Below, in pieces: positions 41,952 through 57,900 of a DNA stretch of 64,000 nucleotides; position 1 is the stretch's first letter, and each line of letters opens with the position of its first letter. This DNA comes from Auanema rhodensis (Eukaryota > Animalia > Nematoda). A program made the translations under genes and the position numbers. The stretch spans positions 434,001-498,000 of the forward strand of contig OZ059895.1 in assembly GCA_964057225.1 (NCBI GenBank), written 5' to 3'. The notes beneath the pieces are model-generated. The model was not told the DNA's origin. It did not search any database and worked only from the letters and a program-made list of their open reading frames with translations.

Positions 41952-44900
41952 AGTTATGATCGTTTGAAAAATGATGCATTAGTGTATGTTGAGTTTCCAT
42001 GTACACTCAACATTGCTTCCAAAAACATTTTGACAAAAATTTTTTCGAAAAATTTCAAAATAATTTAGCAAAAAGTAGATGTTTTTAGATTTCATTTTTC
42101 AAGGCAAAGACGATAGACAATGTTATTCAACGAAAAAATTAATTCTTCAGGGTGAAAATCGAGGATATAAGTGTGAACTTATATCAGTTGATATCTCGGT
42201 GCATTTTTAAGCTAGCGCAAATCTGATAACACAGATCGACGCAGCTTAAAAATCCGCATCGAATGCACTATACTACATTGAGAAACGCTTAATACAAAAA
42301 TTTGTTATGATCGTTTGAAAAATGATGCATTAGTGTATGTTGAGTTTCCATGTACACTCAAAATTGCTTCCAAAAACATTTTGACAAAAATTTTTTCGAA
42401 ACATTTCAAAATAATTTAGCAAAAAGTAGATGTTTTTAGATTCCTTTTTTCAAGGCAAAGACGATGGACAATGTTATTCAACGAAAAAATTAATTCTTCA
42501 GGGTGAAAATCGAGGATATAAGTGTGAACTTATATCAGTTGATATCTCGGTGCATTTTTAAGCTAGCGCAAATCTGATAACACAGATCGACGCAGCTTAA
42601 AAATCCGCATCGAATGCACTATACTACATTGAGAAACGCTTAATACAAAAATTAGTTATGATCGTTTGAAAAATGATGCATTAGTGTATGTTGAGTTTCC
42701 ATGTACACTCAACATTGCTTCCAAAAACATTTTGACAAAAAGTTTTTCGAAAAATTTCAAAATAATTTAGCAAAAAGTAGATGTTTTTAGAATTCTTTTT
42801 TCAAGGCAAAGACGATGGACAATGTTATTCAACGAAAAAATTATTTCTTCAGGGTGAAAATCGAGGATATAAATGTGAACTTATATCAGTTGATATCTCG
42901 GTGCATTTTTAAGCTAGCGCAAATCTGATAACACAGATCGACGCAGCTTAAAACTCCGCATCGAGTGCACTATACTACATTGAGAAACGCTTAATACAAA
43001 AATTAGTTATGATCGTTTGAAAAATGATGCATTAGTGTATGTTGAGTTTCCATGTACACTCAACATTGCTTCCAAAAACATTTTGACAAAAATTTTTTCG
43101 AAAAATTTCAAAATAATTTAGCAAAAAGTAGATGTTTTTAGATTCCATTTTTCAAAGCAAAGACGATGGACAATGTTATTCAACGAAAAAATTAATTCTT
43201 CAGGGTGAAAATCGAGGATATAAGTGTGAACTTATATCAGTTGATATCTCGGTGCATTTTTAAGTTAGCGCAAATCTGATAACACAGATCGACGCAGCTT
43301 AAAAATCCGCATCGAATGCACTATACTACATTGAGAAACGCTTAATACAAAAATTAGTTATGATCGTTTGAAAAATGATGCATTAGTGTATGTTGAGTTT
43401 CCATGTACACTCAACATTGCTTCCAAAAACATTTTGACAAAAAGTTTTTCGAAAAATTTCAAAATAATTTAGCAAAAAGTAGATGTTTTTAGAATTCTTT
43501 TTTCAAGGCAAAGACGATGGACAATGTTATTCAACGAAAAAATTAATTCTTCAGGGTGAAAATCGAGGATATAAGTGTGAACTTATATCAGTTGATATCT
43601 CGGTGCATTTTTAAGCTAGCGCAAATCTGATAACACAGATCGACGCAGCTTAAAACTCCGCATCGAGTGCACTATACTACATTGAGAAACGCTTAATACA
43701 AAAATTAGTTATGATCGTTTGAAAAATGATGCATTAGTGTATGTTGAGTTTCCATGTACACTCAACATTGCTTCCAAAAACATTTTGACAAAAATTTTTT
43801 CGAAAAATTTCAAAATAATTTAGCAAAAAGTAGATGTTTTTAGATTCCATTTTTCAAAGCAAAGACGATGGACAATGTTATTCAACGAAAAAATTAATTC
43901 TTCAGGGTGAAAATCGAGGATATAAGTGTGAACTTATATCAGTTGATATCTCGGTGCATTTTTAAGTTAGCGCAAATCTGATAACACAGATCGACGCAGC
44001 TTAAAAATCCGCATCGAATGCACTATACTACATTGAGAAACGCTTAATACAAAAATTAGTTATGATCGTTTGAAAAATGATGCATTAGTGTATGTTGAGT
44101 TTCCATGTACACTCAACATTGCTTCCAAAAACATTTTGACAAAAATTTTTTCGAAACATTTCAAAATAATTTAGCAAAAAGTAGATGTTTTTAGATTCCT
44201 TTTTTTGAGGCAAAGACGATGGACAATGTTATTCAACGAAAAAATTAATTCTTCAGGGTGAAAATTGAGGATATAAGTGTGAACTTATATCAGTTGATAT
44301 CTCGGTGCATTTTTAAGCTAGCGCAAATCTGATAACACAAATCGACGCAGCTTAAAAATCCGCATCGAATGCACTATACTACATTGAGAAACGCTCAATA
44401 CAAAAATTAGTTATGATCGTTTGAAAAATGATGCATTAGTGTATGTTGAGTTTCCATGTACACTCAACATTGCTTCCAAAAACATTTTGACAAAAATTTT
44501 TTCGAAAAATTTCGAAATAATTTAGCAAAAAGTAGATGTTTTTAGATTTCATTTTTCAAGGCAAAGACGATAGACAATGTTATTCAACGAAAAAATTAAT
44601 TCTTCAGGGTGAAAATCGAGGATATAAGTGTGAACTTATATCAGTTGATATCTCGGTGCATTTTTAAGCTAGCGCAAATCTGATAACACAAATCGACGCA
44701 GCTTAAAAATCCGCATCGAATGCACTATACTACATTGAGAAACGCTCAATACAAAAATTAGTTATGATCGTTTGAAAAATGATGCATTAGTGTATGTTGA
44801 GTTTCCATGTACACTCAACATTGCTTCCAAAAACATTTTGACAAAAATTTTTTCGAAAAATTTCAAAATAATTTAGCAAAAAGTAGATGTTTTTAGATTT

Positions 44901-47567
44901 CATTTTTCAAGGCAAAGACGATAGACAATGTTATTCAACGAAAAAATTAATTCTTCAGGGTGAAAATCGAGGATATAAGTGTGAACTTATATCAGTTGAT
45001 ATCTCGGTGCATTTTTAAGCTAGCGCAAATCTGATAACACAGATCGACGCAGCTTAAAAATCCGCATCGAATGCACTATACTACATTGAGAAACGCTTAA
45101 TACAAAAATTTGTTATGATCGTTTGAAAAATGATGCATTAGTGTATGTTGAGTTTCCATGTACACTCAAAATTGCTTCCAAAAACATTTTGACAAAAATT
45201 TTTTCGAAACATTTCAAAATAATTTAGCAAAAAGTAGATGTTTTTAGATTCCTTTTTTCAAGGCAAAGACGATGGACAATGTTATTCAACGAAAAAATTA
45301 ATTCTTCAGGGTGAAAATCGAGGATATAAGTGTGAACTTATATCAGTTGATATCTCGGTGCATTTTTAAGCTAGCGCAAATCTGATAACACAGATCGACG
45401 CAGCTTAAAAATCCGCATCGAATGCACTATACTACATTGAGAAACGCTTAATACAAAAATTAGTTATGATCGTTTGAAAAATGATGCATTAGTGTATGTT
45501 GAGTTTCCATGTACACTCAACATTGCTTCCAAAAACATTTTGACAAAAAGTTTTTCGAAAATTTTCAAAATAATTTAGCAAAAAGTAGATGTTTTTAGAA
45601 TTCTTTTTTCAAGGCAAAGACGATGGACAATGTTATTCAACGAAAAAATTATTTCTTCAGGGTGAAAATCGAGGATATAAATGTGAACTTATATCAGTTG
45701 ATATCTCGGTGCATTTTTAAGCTAGCGCAAATCTGATAACACAGATCGACGCAGCTTAAAACTCCGCATCGAGTGCACTATACTACATTGAGAAACGCTT
45801 AATACAAAAATTAGTTATGATCGTTTGAAAAATGATGCATTAGTGTATGTTGAGTTTCCATGTACACTCAACATTGCTTCCAAAAACATTTTGACAAAAA
45901 TTTTTTCGAAAAATTTCAAAATAATTTAGCAAAAAGTAGATGTTTTTAGATTCCATTTTTCAAAGCAAAGACGATGGACAATGTTATTCAACGAAAAAAT
46001 TAATTCTTCAGGGTGAAAATCGAGGATATAAGTGTGAACTTATATCAGTTGATATCTCGGTGCATTTTTAAGTTAGCGCAAATCTGATAACACAGATCGA
46101 CGCAGCTTAAAAATCCGCATCGAATGCACTATACTACATTGAGAAACGCTTAATACAAAAATTAGTTATGATCGTTTGAAAAATGATGCATTAGTGTATG
46201 TTGAGTTTCCATGTACACTCAACATTGCTTCCAAAAACATTTTGACAAAAAGTTTTTCGAAAAATTTCAAAATAATTTAGCAAAAAGTAGATGTTTTTAG
46301 AATTCTTTTTTCAAGGCAAAGACGATGGACAATGTTATTCAACGAAAAAATTAATTCTTCAGGGTGAAAATCGAGGATATAAGTGTGAACTTATATCAGT
46401 TGATATCTCGGTGCATTTTTAAGCTAGCGCAAATCTGATAACACAGATCGACGCAGCTTAAAACTCCGCATCGAGTGCACTATACTACATTGAGAAACGC
46501 TTAATACAAAAATTAGTTATGATCGTTTGAAAAATGATGCATTAGTGTATGTTGAGTTTCCATGTACACTCAACATTGCTTCCAAAAACATTTTGACAAA
46601 AATTTTTTCGAAAAATTTCAAAATAATTTAGCAAAAAGTAGATGTTTTTAGATTCCATTTTTCAAAGCAAAGACGATGGACAATGTTATTCAACGAAAAA
46701 ATTAATTCTTCAGGGTGAAAATCGAGGATATAAGTGTGAACTTATATCAGTTGATATCTCGGTGCATTTTTAAGTTAGCGCAAATCTGATAACACAGATC
46801 GACGCAGCTTAAAAATCCGCATCGAATGCACTATACTACATTGAGAAACGCTTAATACAAAAATTAGTTATGATCGTTTGAAAAATGATGCATTAGTGTA
46901 TGTTGAGTTTCCATGTACACTCAACATTGCTTCCAAAAACATTTTGACAAAAATTTTTTCGAAACATTTCAAAATAATTTAGCAAAAAGTAGATGTTTTT
47001 AGATTCCTTTTTTTGAGGCAAAGACGATGGACAATGTTATTCAACGAAAAAATTAATTCTTCAGGGTGAAAATTGAGGATATAAGTGTGAACTTATATCA
47101 GTTGATATCTCGGTGCATTTTTAAGCTAGCGCAAATCTGATAACACAAATCGACGCAGCTTAAAAATCCGCATCGAATGCACTATACTACATTGAGAAAC
47201 GCTCAATACAAAAATTAGTTATGATCGTTTGAAAAATGATGCATTAGTGTATGTTGAGTTTCCATGTACACTCAACATTGCTTCCAAAAACATTTTGACA
47301 AAAATTTTTTCGAAAAATTTCAAAATAATTTAGCAAAAAGTAGATGTTTTTAGATTTCATTTTTCAAGGCAAAGACGATAGACAATGTTATTCAACGAAA
47401 AAATTAATTCTTCAGGGTGAAAATCGAGGATATAAGTGTGAACTTATATCAGTTGATATCTCGGTGCATTTTTAAGCTAGCGCAAATCTGATAACACAAA
47501 TCGACGCAGCTTAAAAATCCGCATCGAATGCACTATACTACATTGAGAAACGCTCAATACAAAAATT
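41952..47567 (-). repeat. 8-monomer (2808 bp) higher-order unit, two tandem copies, each containing an internal dimer duplication
   Basis: The GAATTC variant is at 42790, 43492, 45598 and 46300. TTATTTC and ATAAATGTG variants are each present twice, 2808 apart. Confidence 0.88.
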
Positions 47568-50500
47568 AGTTATGATCGTTTGAAAAATGATGCATTAGTG
47601 TATGTTGAGTTTCCATGTACACTCAACATTGCTTCCAAAAACATTTTGACAAAAATTTTTTCGAAAAATTTCAAAATAATTTAGCAAAAAGTAGATGTTT
47701 TTAGATTTCATTTTTCAAGGCAAAGACGATAGACAATGTTATTCAACGAAAAAATTAATTCTTCAGGGTGAAAATCGAGGATATAAGTGTGAACTTATAT
47801 CAGTTGATATCTCGGTGCATTTTTAAGCTAGCGCAAATCTGATAACACAAATCGACGCAGCTTAAAAATCCGCATCGAATGCACTATACTACATTGAGAA
47901 ACGCTCAATACAAAAATTAGTTATGATCGTTTGAAAAATGATGCATTAGTGTATGTTGAGTTTCCATGTACACTCAACATTGCTTCCAAAAACATTTTGA
48001 CAAAAATTTTTTCGAAAAATTTCAAAATAATTTAGCAAAAAGTAGATGTTTTTAGATTTCATTTTTCAAGGCAAAGACGATAGACAATGTTATTCAACGA
48101 AAAAATTAATTCTTCAGGGTGAAAATCGAGGATATAAGTGTGAACTTATATCAGTTGATATCTCGGTGCATTTTTAAGCTAGCGCAAATCTGATAACACA
48201 GATCGACGCAGCTTAAAAATCCGCATCGAATGCACTATACTACATTGAGAAACGCTTAATACAAAAATTTGTTATGATCGTTTGAAAAATGATGCATTAG
48301 TGTATGTTGAGTTTCCATGTACACTCAAAATTGCTTCCAAAAACATTTTGACAAAAATTTTTTCGAAACATTTCAAAATAATTTAGCAAAAAGTAGATGT
48401 TTTTAGATTCCTTTTTTCAAGGCAAAGACGATGGACAATGTTATTCAACGAAAAAATTAATTCTTCAGGGTGAAAATCGAGGATATAAGTGTGAACTTAT
48501 ATCAGTTGATATCTCGGTGCATTTTTAAGCTAGCGCAAATCTGATAACACAGATCGACGCAGCTTAAAAATCCGCATCGAATGCACTATACTACATTGAG
48601 AAACGCTCAATACAAAAATTAGTTATGATCGTTTGAAAAATGATGCATTAGTGTATGTTGAGTTTCCATGTACACTCAACATTGCTTCCAAAAACATTTT
48701 GACAAAAATTTTTTCGAAAAATTTCAAAATAATTTAGCAAAAAGTAGATGTTTTTAGATTTCATTTTTCAAGGCAAAGACGATAGACAATGTTATTCAAC
48801 GAAAAAATTAATTCTTCAGGGTGAAAATCGAGGATATAAGTGTGAACTTATATCAGTTGATATCTCGGTGCATTTTTAAGCTAGCGCAAATCTGATAACA
48901 CAGATCGACGCAGCTTAAAAATCCGCATCGAATGCACTATACTACATTGAGAAACGCTTAATACAAAAATTTGTTATGATCGTTTGAAAAATGATGCATT
49001 AGTGTATGTTGAGTTTCCATGTACACTCAACATTGCTTCCAAAAACATTTTGACAAAAATTTTTTCGAAAAATTTCAAAATAATTTAGCAAAAAGTAGAT
49101 GTTTTTAGATTTCATTTTTCAAGGCAAAGACGATAGACAATGTTATTCAACGAAAAAATTAATTCTTCAGGGTGAAAATCGAGGATATAAGTGTGAACTT
49201 ATATCAGTTGATATCTCGGTGCATTTTTAAGCTAGCGCAAATCTGATAACACAGATCGACGCAGCTTAAAAATCCGCATCGTATGCACTATACTACATTG
49301 AGAAACGCTTAATACAAAAATTTGTTATGATCGTTTGAAAAATGATGCATTAGTGTATGTTGAGTTTCGATGTACACTCAAAATTGCTTCCAAAAACATT
49401 TTGACAAAAATTTTTTCGAAACATTTCAAAATAATTTAGCAAAAAGTAGATGTTTTTAGATTCCTTTTTTCAAGGCAAAGACGATGGACAATGTTATTCA
49501 ACGAAAAAATTAATTCTTCAGGGTGAAAATCGAGGATATAAGTGTGAACTTATATCAGTTGATATCTCGGTGCATTTTTAAGCTAGCGCAAATCTGATAA
49601 CACAGATCGACGCAGCTTAAAAATCCGCATCGAATGCACTATACTACATTGAGAAACGCTCAATACAAAAATTAGTTATGATCGTTTGAAAAATGATGCA
49701 TTAGTGTATGTTGAGTTTCCATGTACACTCAACATTGCTTCCAAAAACATTTTGACAAAAATTTTTTCGAAAAATTTCAAAATAATTTAGCAAAAAGTAG
49801 ATGTTTTTAGATTTCATTTTTCAAGGCAAAGACGATAGACAATGTTATTCAACGAAAAAATTAATTCTTCAGGGTGAAAATCGAGGATATAAGTGTGAAC
49901 TTATATCAGTTGATATCTCGGTGCATTTTTAAGCTAGCGCAAATCTGATAACACAAATCGACGCAGCTTAAAAATCCGCATCGAATGCACTATACTACAT
50001 TGAGAAACGCTCAATACAAAAATTAGTTATGATCGTTTGAAAAATGATGCATTAGTGTATGTTGAGTTTCCATGTACACTCAACATTGCTTCCAAAAACA
50101 TTTTGACAAAAATTTTTTCGAAAAATTTCAAAATAATTTAGCAAAAAGTAGATGTTTTTAGATTTCATTTTTCAAGGCAAAGACGATAGACAATGTTATT
50201 CAACGAAAAAATTAATTCTTCAGGGTGAAAATCGAGGATATAAGTGTGAACTTATATCAGTTGATATCTCGGTGCATTTTTAAGCTAGCGCAAATCTGAT
50301 AACACAGATCGACGCAGCTTAAAAATCCGCATCGAATGCACTATACTACATTGAGAAACGCTTAATACAAAAATTTGTTATGATCGTTTGAAAAATGATG
50401 CATTAGTGTATGTTGAGTTTCCATGTACACTCAAAATTGCTTCCAAAAACATTTTGACAAAAATTTTTTCGAAACATTTCAAAATAATTTAGCAAAAAGT

Positions 50501-53500
50501 AGATGTTTTTAGATTCCTTTTTTCAAGGCAAAGACGATGGACAATGTTATTCAACGAAAAAATTAATTCTTCAGGGTGAAAATCGAGGATATAAGTGTGA
50601 ACTTATATCAGTTGATATCTCGGTGCATTTTTAAGCTAGCGCAAATCTGATAACACAGATCGACGCAGCTTAAAAATCCGCATCGAATGCACTATACTAC
50701 ATTGAGAAACGCTTAATACAAAAATTAGTTATGATCGTTTGAAAAATGATGCATTAGTGTATGTTGAGTTTCCATGTACACTCAACATTGCTTCCAAAAA
50801 CATTTTGACAAAAAGTTTTTCGAAAAATTTCAAAATAATTTAGCAAAAAGTAGATGTTTTTAGAATTCTTTTTTCAAGGCAAAGACGATGGACAATGTTA
50901 TTCAACGAAAAAATTAATTCTTCAGGGTGAAAATCGAGGATATAAGTGTGAACTTATATCAGTTGATATCTCGGTGCATTTTTAAGCTAGCGCAAATCTG
51001 ATAACACAGATCGACGCAGCTTAAAAATCCGCATCGAGTGCACTATACTACATTGAGAAACGCTTAATACAAAAATTAGTTATGATCGTTTGAAAAATGA
51101 TGCATTAGTGTATGTTGAGTTTCCATGTACACTCAACATTGCTTCCAAAAACATTTTGACAAAAATTTTTTCGAAAAATTTCAAAATAATTTAGCAAAAA
51201 GTAGATGTTTTTAGATTCCATTTTTCAAAGCAAAGACGATGGACAATGTTATTCAACGAAAAAATTAATTCTTCAGGGTGAAAATCGAGGATATAAGTGT
51301 GAACTTATATCAGTTGATATCTCGGTGCATTTTTAAGTTAGCGCAAATCTAATAACACAGATCGACGCAGCTTAAAAATCCGCATCGAATGCACTATACT
51401 ACATTGAGAAACGCTTAATACAAAAATTAGTTATGATCGTTTGAAAAATGATGCATTAGTGTATGTTGAGTTTCCATGTACACTCAACATTGCTTCCAAA
51501 AACATTTTGACAAAAATTTTTTCGAAACATTTCAAAATAATTTAGCAGAAAGTAGATGTTTTTAGATTCCTTTTTTTGAGGCAAAGACGATGGACAATGT
51601 TATTCAACGAAAAAATTAATTCTTCAGGGTGAAAATCGAGGATATAAGTGTGAACTTATATCAGTTGATATCTCGGTGCATTTTTAAGTTAGCGCAAATC
51701 TGATAACACAGATCGACGCAGCTTAAAAATCCGCATCGAATGCACTATACTACATTGAGAAACGCTTAATACAAAAATTAGTTATGATCGTTTGAAAAAT
51801 GATGCATTAGTGTATGTTGAGTTTCCATGTACACTCAACATTGCTTCCAAAAACATTTTGACAAAAATTTTTTCGAAACATTTCAAAATAATTTAGCAAA
51901 AAGTAGATGTTTTTAGATTCCTTTTTTTGAGGCAAAGACGATGGACAATGTTATTCAACGAAAAAATTAATTCTTCAGGGTGAAAATTGAGGATATAAGT
52001 GTGAACTTATATCAGTTGATATCTCGGTGCATTTTTAAGCTAGCGCAAATCTGATAACACAAATCGACGCAGCTTAAAAATCCGCATCGAATGCACTATA
52101 CTACATTGAGAAACGCTCAATACAAAAATTAGTTATGATCGTTTGAAAAATGATGCATTAGTGTATGTTGAGTTTCCATGTACACTCAACATTGCTTCCA
52201 AAAACATTTTGACAAAAATTTTTTCGAAACATTTCAAAATAATTTAGCAAAAAGTAGATGTTTTTAGATTCCTTTTTTCAAGGCAAAGACGATGGACAAT
52301 GTTATTCAACGAAAAAATTAATTCTTCAGGGTGAAAATCGAGGATATAAGTGTGAACTTATATCAGTTGATATCTCGGTGCATTTTTAAGCTAGCGCAAA
52401 TCTGATAACACAGATCGACGCAGCTTAAAAATCCGCATCGAATGCACTATACTACATTGAGAAACGCTTAATACAAAAATTAGTTATGATCGTTTGAAAA
52501 TTGATGCATTAGTGTATGTTGAGTTTCCATGTACACTCAACATTGCTTCCAAAAACATTTTGACAAAAATTTTTTCGAAAAATTTCAAAATAATTTAGCA
52601 AAAAGTAGATGTTTTTAGATTTCATTTTTCAAAACAAAGACGATAGACAATGTTATTCAACGAAAAAATTAATTCTTCAGGGTGAAAATCGAGGATATAT
52701 GTGTGAACTTATATCAGTTGATATCTCGGGGCATTTTTAAGCTAGCGCAAATCTGATAACACAAATCGACGCAGCTTAAAAATCCGCATCGAATGCACTA
52801 TACTACATTGAGAAACGCTTAATACAAAAATTAGTTATGATCGTTTGAAAATTGATGCATTAGTGTATGTTGAGTTTCCATGTACACTCAACATTGCTTC
52901 CAAAAACATTTTGACAAAAATTTTTTCGAAAAATTTCAAAATAATTTAGCAAAAAGTAGATGTTTTTAGATTTCATTTTTCAAGGCAAAGACGATAGACA
53001 ATGTTATTCAACGAAAAAATTAATTCTTCAGGGTGAAAATCGAGGATATAAGTGTGAACTTATATCAGTTGATATCTCGGTGCATTTTTAAGCTAGCGCA
53101 AATCTGATAACACAGATCGACGCAGCTTAAAAATCCGCATCGAATGCACTATACTACATTGAGAAACGCTTAATATAAAAATTAGTTATGATCGTTTGAA
53201 AAATGATGCATTAGTGTATGTTGAGTTTCCATGTACACTCAACATTGCTTCCAAAAACATTTTGACAAAAATTTTTTCGAAAAATTTCAAAATAATTTAG
53301 CAAAAAGTAGATGTTTTTAGATTTCATTTTTCAAGGCAAAGACGATAGACAATGTTATTCAACGAAAAAATTAATTCTTCAGGGTGAAAATCGAGGATAT
53401 AAGTGTGAACTTATATCAGTTGATATCTCGGTGCATTTTTAAGCTAGCGCAAATCTGATAACACAGATCGACGCAGCTTAAAAATCCGCATCGAATGCAC

Positions 53501-54938
53501 TATACTACATTGAGAAACGCTTAATACAAAAATTAGTTATGATCGTTTGAAAAATGATGCATTAGTGTATGTTGAGTTTCCATGTACACTCAACATTGCT
53601 TCCAAAAACATTTTGACAAAAATTTTTTCGAAAAATTTCAAAATAATTTAGCAAAAAGTAGATGTTTTTAGATTCCACTTTTCAAAGCAAAGACGATGGA
53701 CAATGTTATTCAACGAAAAAATTAATTCTTCAGGGTGAAAATCGAGGATATAAGTGTGAACTTATATCAGTTGATATCTCGGTGCATTTTTAAGTTAGCG
53801 CAAATCTGATAACACAGATCGACGCAGCTTAAAAATTTGGATCGAATGCACTATACTACATTGAGAAACGCTTAATACAAAAATTAGTTATGATCGTTTG
53901 AAAAATGATGCATTAGTGTATGTTGAGTTTCCATGTACACTCAACATTGCTTCCAAAAACATTTTGACAAAAATTTTTTCGAAAAATTTCAAAATAATTT
54001 AGCAAAAAGTAGATGTTTTTAGATTCCATTTTTCAAGGCAGAGACAATGGACAATGTTATTCAACGAAAAAAATGATTCTTCAGGGTGAAAATCGAGGAT
54101 ATAAGTGTGAACTTATATCAGTTGATATCTCGGTGCATTTTTAAGCTAGCGCAAATATGATAACACAGATCGACGCAGCTTAAAAATCCGCATCGAATGC
54201 ACTATACTACATTGAGAAACGCTTAATACAAAAATTTGTTATGATCGTTTGAAAAATGATGCATTAGTGTATGTTGAGTTTCCATGTACACTCAACATTG
54301 CTTCCAAAAACATTTTGACAAAAATTTTTTCGAAACATTTCAAAATAATTTAGCAAAAAGTAGATGTTTTTAGATTCCTTTTTTCAAGGCAAAGACGATG
54401 GACAATGTTATTCAACGAAAAAATTAATTCTTCAGGGTGAAAATCGAGGATATAAGTGTGAACTTATATCAGTTGATATCTCGGTGCATTTTTAAGCTAG
54501 CGCAAATCTGATAACACAAATCGACGCAACTTAAAAATCCGCATCGAATGCACTATACTACATTGAGAAACGCTTAATACAAAAATTAGTTATGATCGTT
54601 TGAAAAATGATGCATTAGTGTATGTTGAGTTTCCATGTACACTCAACATTGCTTCCAAAAACATTTTGACAAAAATTTTTTCGAAAAATTTCAAAATAAT
54701 TTAGCAAAAAGTAGATGTTTTTAGATTCCTTTTTTCAAGGCAAAGACGATGGACAATGTTATTCAACGAAAAAATTAATTCTTCAGGGTGAAAATCGAGG
54801 ATATAAGTGTGAACTTATATCAGTTGATATCTCGGTGCATTTTTAAGCTAGCGCAAATCTGATAACACAGATCGACGCAGCTTAAAAATCCGCATCGAAT
54901 GCACTATACTACATTGAGAAACGCTTAATACAAAAATT

Positions 54939-57900
54939 AGTTATGATCGTTTGAAAATTGATGCATTAGTGTATGTTGAGTTTCCATGTACACTCAACAT
55001 TGCTTCCAAAAACATTTTGACAAAAATTTTTTCGAAAAATTTCAAAATAATTTAGCAAAAAGTAGATGTTTTTAGATTTCATTTTTCAAAACAAAGACGA
55101 TAGACAATGTTATTCAACGAAAAAATTAATTCTTCAGGGTGAAAATCGAGGATATATGTGTGAACTTATATCAGTTGATATCTCGGTGCATTTTTAAGTT
55201 AGCGCAAATCTGATAACACAAATCGACGCAGCTTAAAAATCCGCATCGAATGCACTATACTACATTGAGAAACGCTTAATACAAAAATTAGTTATGATCG
55301 TTTGAAAAATGATGCAATAGTGTATGTTGAGTTTCCATGTACACTCAACATTGCTTCCAAAAACATTTTGACAAAAATTTTTTCGAAAAATTTCAAAATA
55401 ATTTAGCAAAAAGTAGATGTTTTTAGATTTCATTTTTCAAAACAAAGACGATAGACAATGTTATTCAACGAAAAAATTAATTCTTCAGGGTGAAAATCGA
55501 GGATATATGTGTGAACTTATATCAGTTGATATCTCGGTGCATTTTTAAGCTAGCGCAAATCTGATAACACAGATCGACGCAGCTTAAAAATCCGCATCGA
55601 ATGCACTATACTACATTGAGAAACGCTTAATACAAAAATTAGTTATGATCGTTTGAAAATTGATGCATTAGTGTATGTTGAGTTTCCATGTACACTCAAC
55701 ATTGCTTCCAAAAACATTTTGACAAAAATTTTTTCGAAAAATTTCAAAATAATTTAGCAAAAAGTAGATGTTTTTAGATTTCATTTTTCAAAACAAAGAC
55801 GATAGACAATGTTATTCAACGAAAAAATTAATTCTTCAGGGTGAAAATCGAGGATATATGTGTGAACTTATATCAGTTGATATCTCGGTGCATTTTTAAG
55901 TTAGCGCAAATCTGATAACACAAATCGACGCAGCTTAAAAATCCGCATCGAATGCACTATACTACATTGAGAAACGCTTAATACAAAAATTAGTTATGAT
56001 CGTTTGAAAAATGATGCAATAGTGTATGTTGAGTTTCCATGTACACTCAACATTGCTTCCAAAAACATTTTTGACAAAACTTTTTTCGAAACATTTCAAA
56101 ATAATTTAGCAAAAAGTAGATGTTTTTAGATTTCATTTTTCAAGGCAAAAACGATAGACAATGTTATTCAACGAAAAAATTAATTCTTCAGGGTGAAAAT
56201 CGAGGATATATGTGTGAACTTATATCAGTTGATATCTCGGTGCATTTTTAAGTTAGCGCAAATCTGATAACACAAATCGACGCAGCTTAAAAATCCGCAT
56301 CGAATGCACTATACTACATTGAGAAACGCTTAATACAAAAATTAGTTATGATCGTTTGAAAAATGATGCAATAGTGTATGTTGAGTTTCCATGTACACTC
56401 AACATTGCTTCCAAAAACATTTTTGACAAAAATTTTTTCGAAAAATTTCAAAATAATTTAGCAAAAAGTAGATGTTTTTAGATTTCATTTTTCAAAACAA
56501 AGACGATAGACAATGTTATTCAACGAAAAAATTAATTCTTCAGGGTGAAAATCGAGGATATATGTGTGAACTTATATCAGTTGATATCTCGGTGCATTTT
56601 TAAGTTAGCGCAAATCTGATAACACAGATCGACGCAGCTTAAAAATCCGCATCGAATGCACTATACTACATTGAGAAACGCTTAATACAAAAATTAGTTA
56701 TGATCGTTTGAAAATTGATGCATTAGTGTATGTTGAGTTTCCATGTACACTCAACATTGCTTCCAAAAACATTTTGACAAAAATTTTTTCGAAAAATTTC
56801 AAAATAATTTAGCAAAAAGTAGATGTTTTTAGATTTCATTTTTCAAAACAAAGACGATAGACAATGTTATTCAACGAAAAAATTAATTCTTCAGGGTGAA
56901 AATCGAGGATATATGTGTGAACTTATATCAGTTGATATCTCGGTGCATTTTTAAGTTAGCGCAAATCTGATAACACAAATCGACGCAGCTTAAAAATCCG
57001 CATCGAATGCACTATACTACATTGAGAAACGCTTAATACAAAAATTAGTTATGATCGTTTGAAAAATGATGCAATAGTGTATGTTGAGTTTCCATGTACA
57101 CTCAACATTGCTTCCAAAAACATTTTGACAAAAATTTTTTCGAAAAATTTCAAAATAATTTAGCAAAAAGTAGATGTTTTTAGATTTCATTTTTCAAAAC
57201 AAAGACGATAGACAATGTTATTCAACGAAAAAATTAATTCTTCAGGGTGAAAATCGAGGATATATGTGTGAACTTATATCAGTTGATATCTCGGTGCATT
57301 TTTAAGCTAGCGCAAATCTGATAACACAGATCGACGCAGCTTAAAAATCCGCATCGAATGCACTATACTACATTGAGAAACGCTTAATACAAAAATTAGT
57401 TATGATCGTTTGAAAATTGATGCATTAGTGTATGTTGAGTTTCCATGTACACTCAACATTGCTTCCAAAAACATTTTGACAAAAATTTTTTCGAAAAATT
57501 TCAAAATAATTTAGCAAAAAGTAGATGTTTTTAGATTTCATTTTTCAAAACAAAGACGATAGACAATGTTATTCAACGAAAAAATTAATTCTTCAGGGTG
57601 AAAATCGAGGATATATGTGTGAACTTATATCAGTTGATATCTCGGTGCATTTTTAAGTTAGCGCAAATCTGATAACACAAATCGACGCAGCTTAAAAATC
57701 CGCATCGAATGCACTATACTACATTGAGAAACGCTTAATACAAAAATTAGTTATGATCGTTTGAAAAATGATGCAATAGTGTATGTTGAGTTTCCATGTA
57801 CACTCAACATTGCTTCCAAAAACATTTTTGACAAAACTTTTTTCGAAACATTTCAAAATAATTTAGCAAAAAGTAGATGTTTTTAGATTTCATTTTTCAA

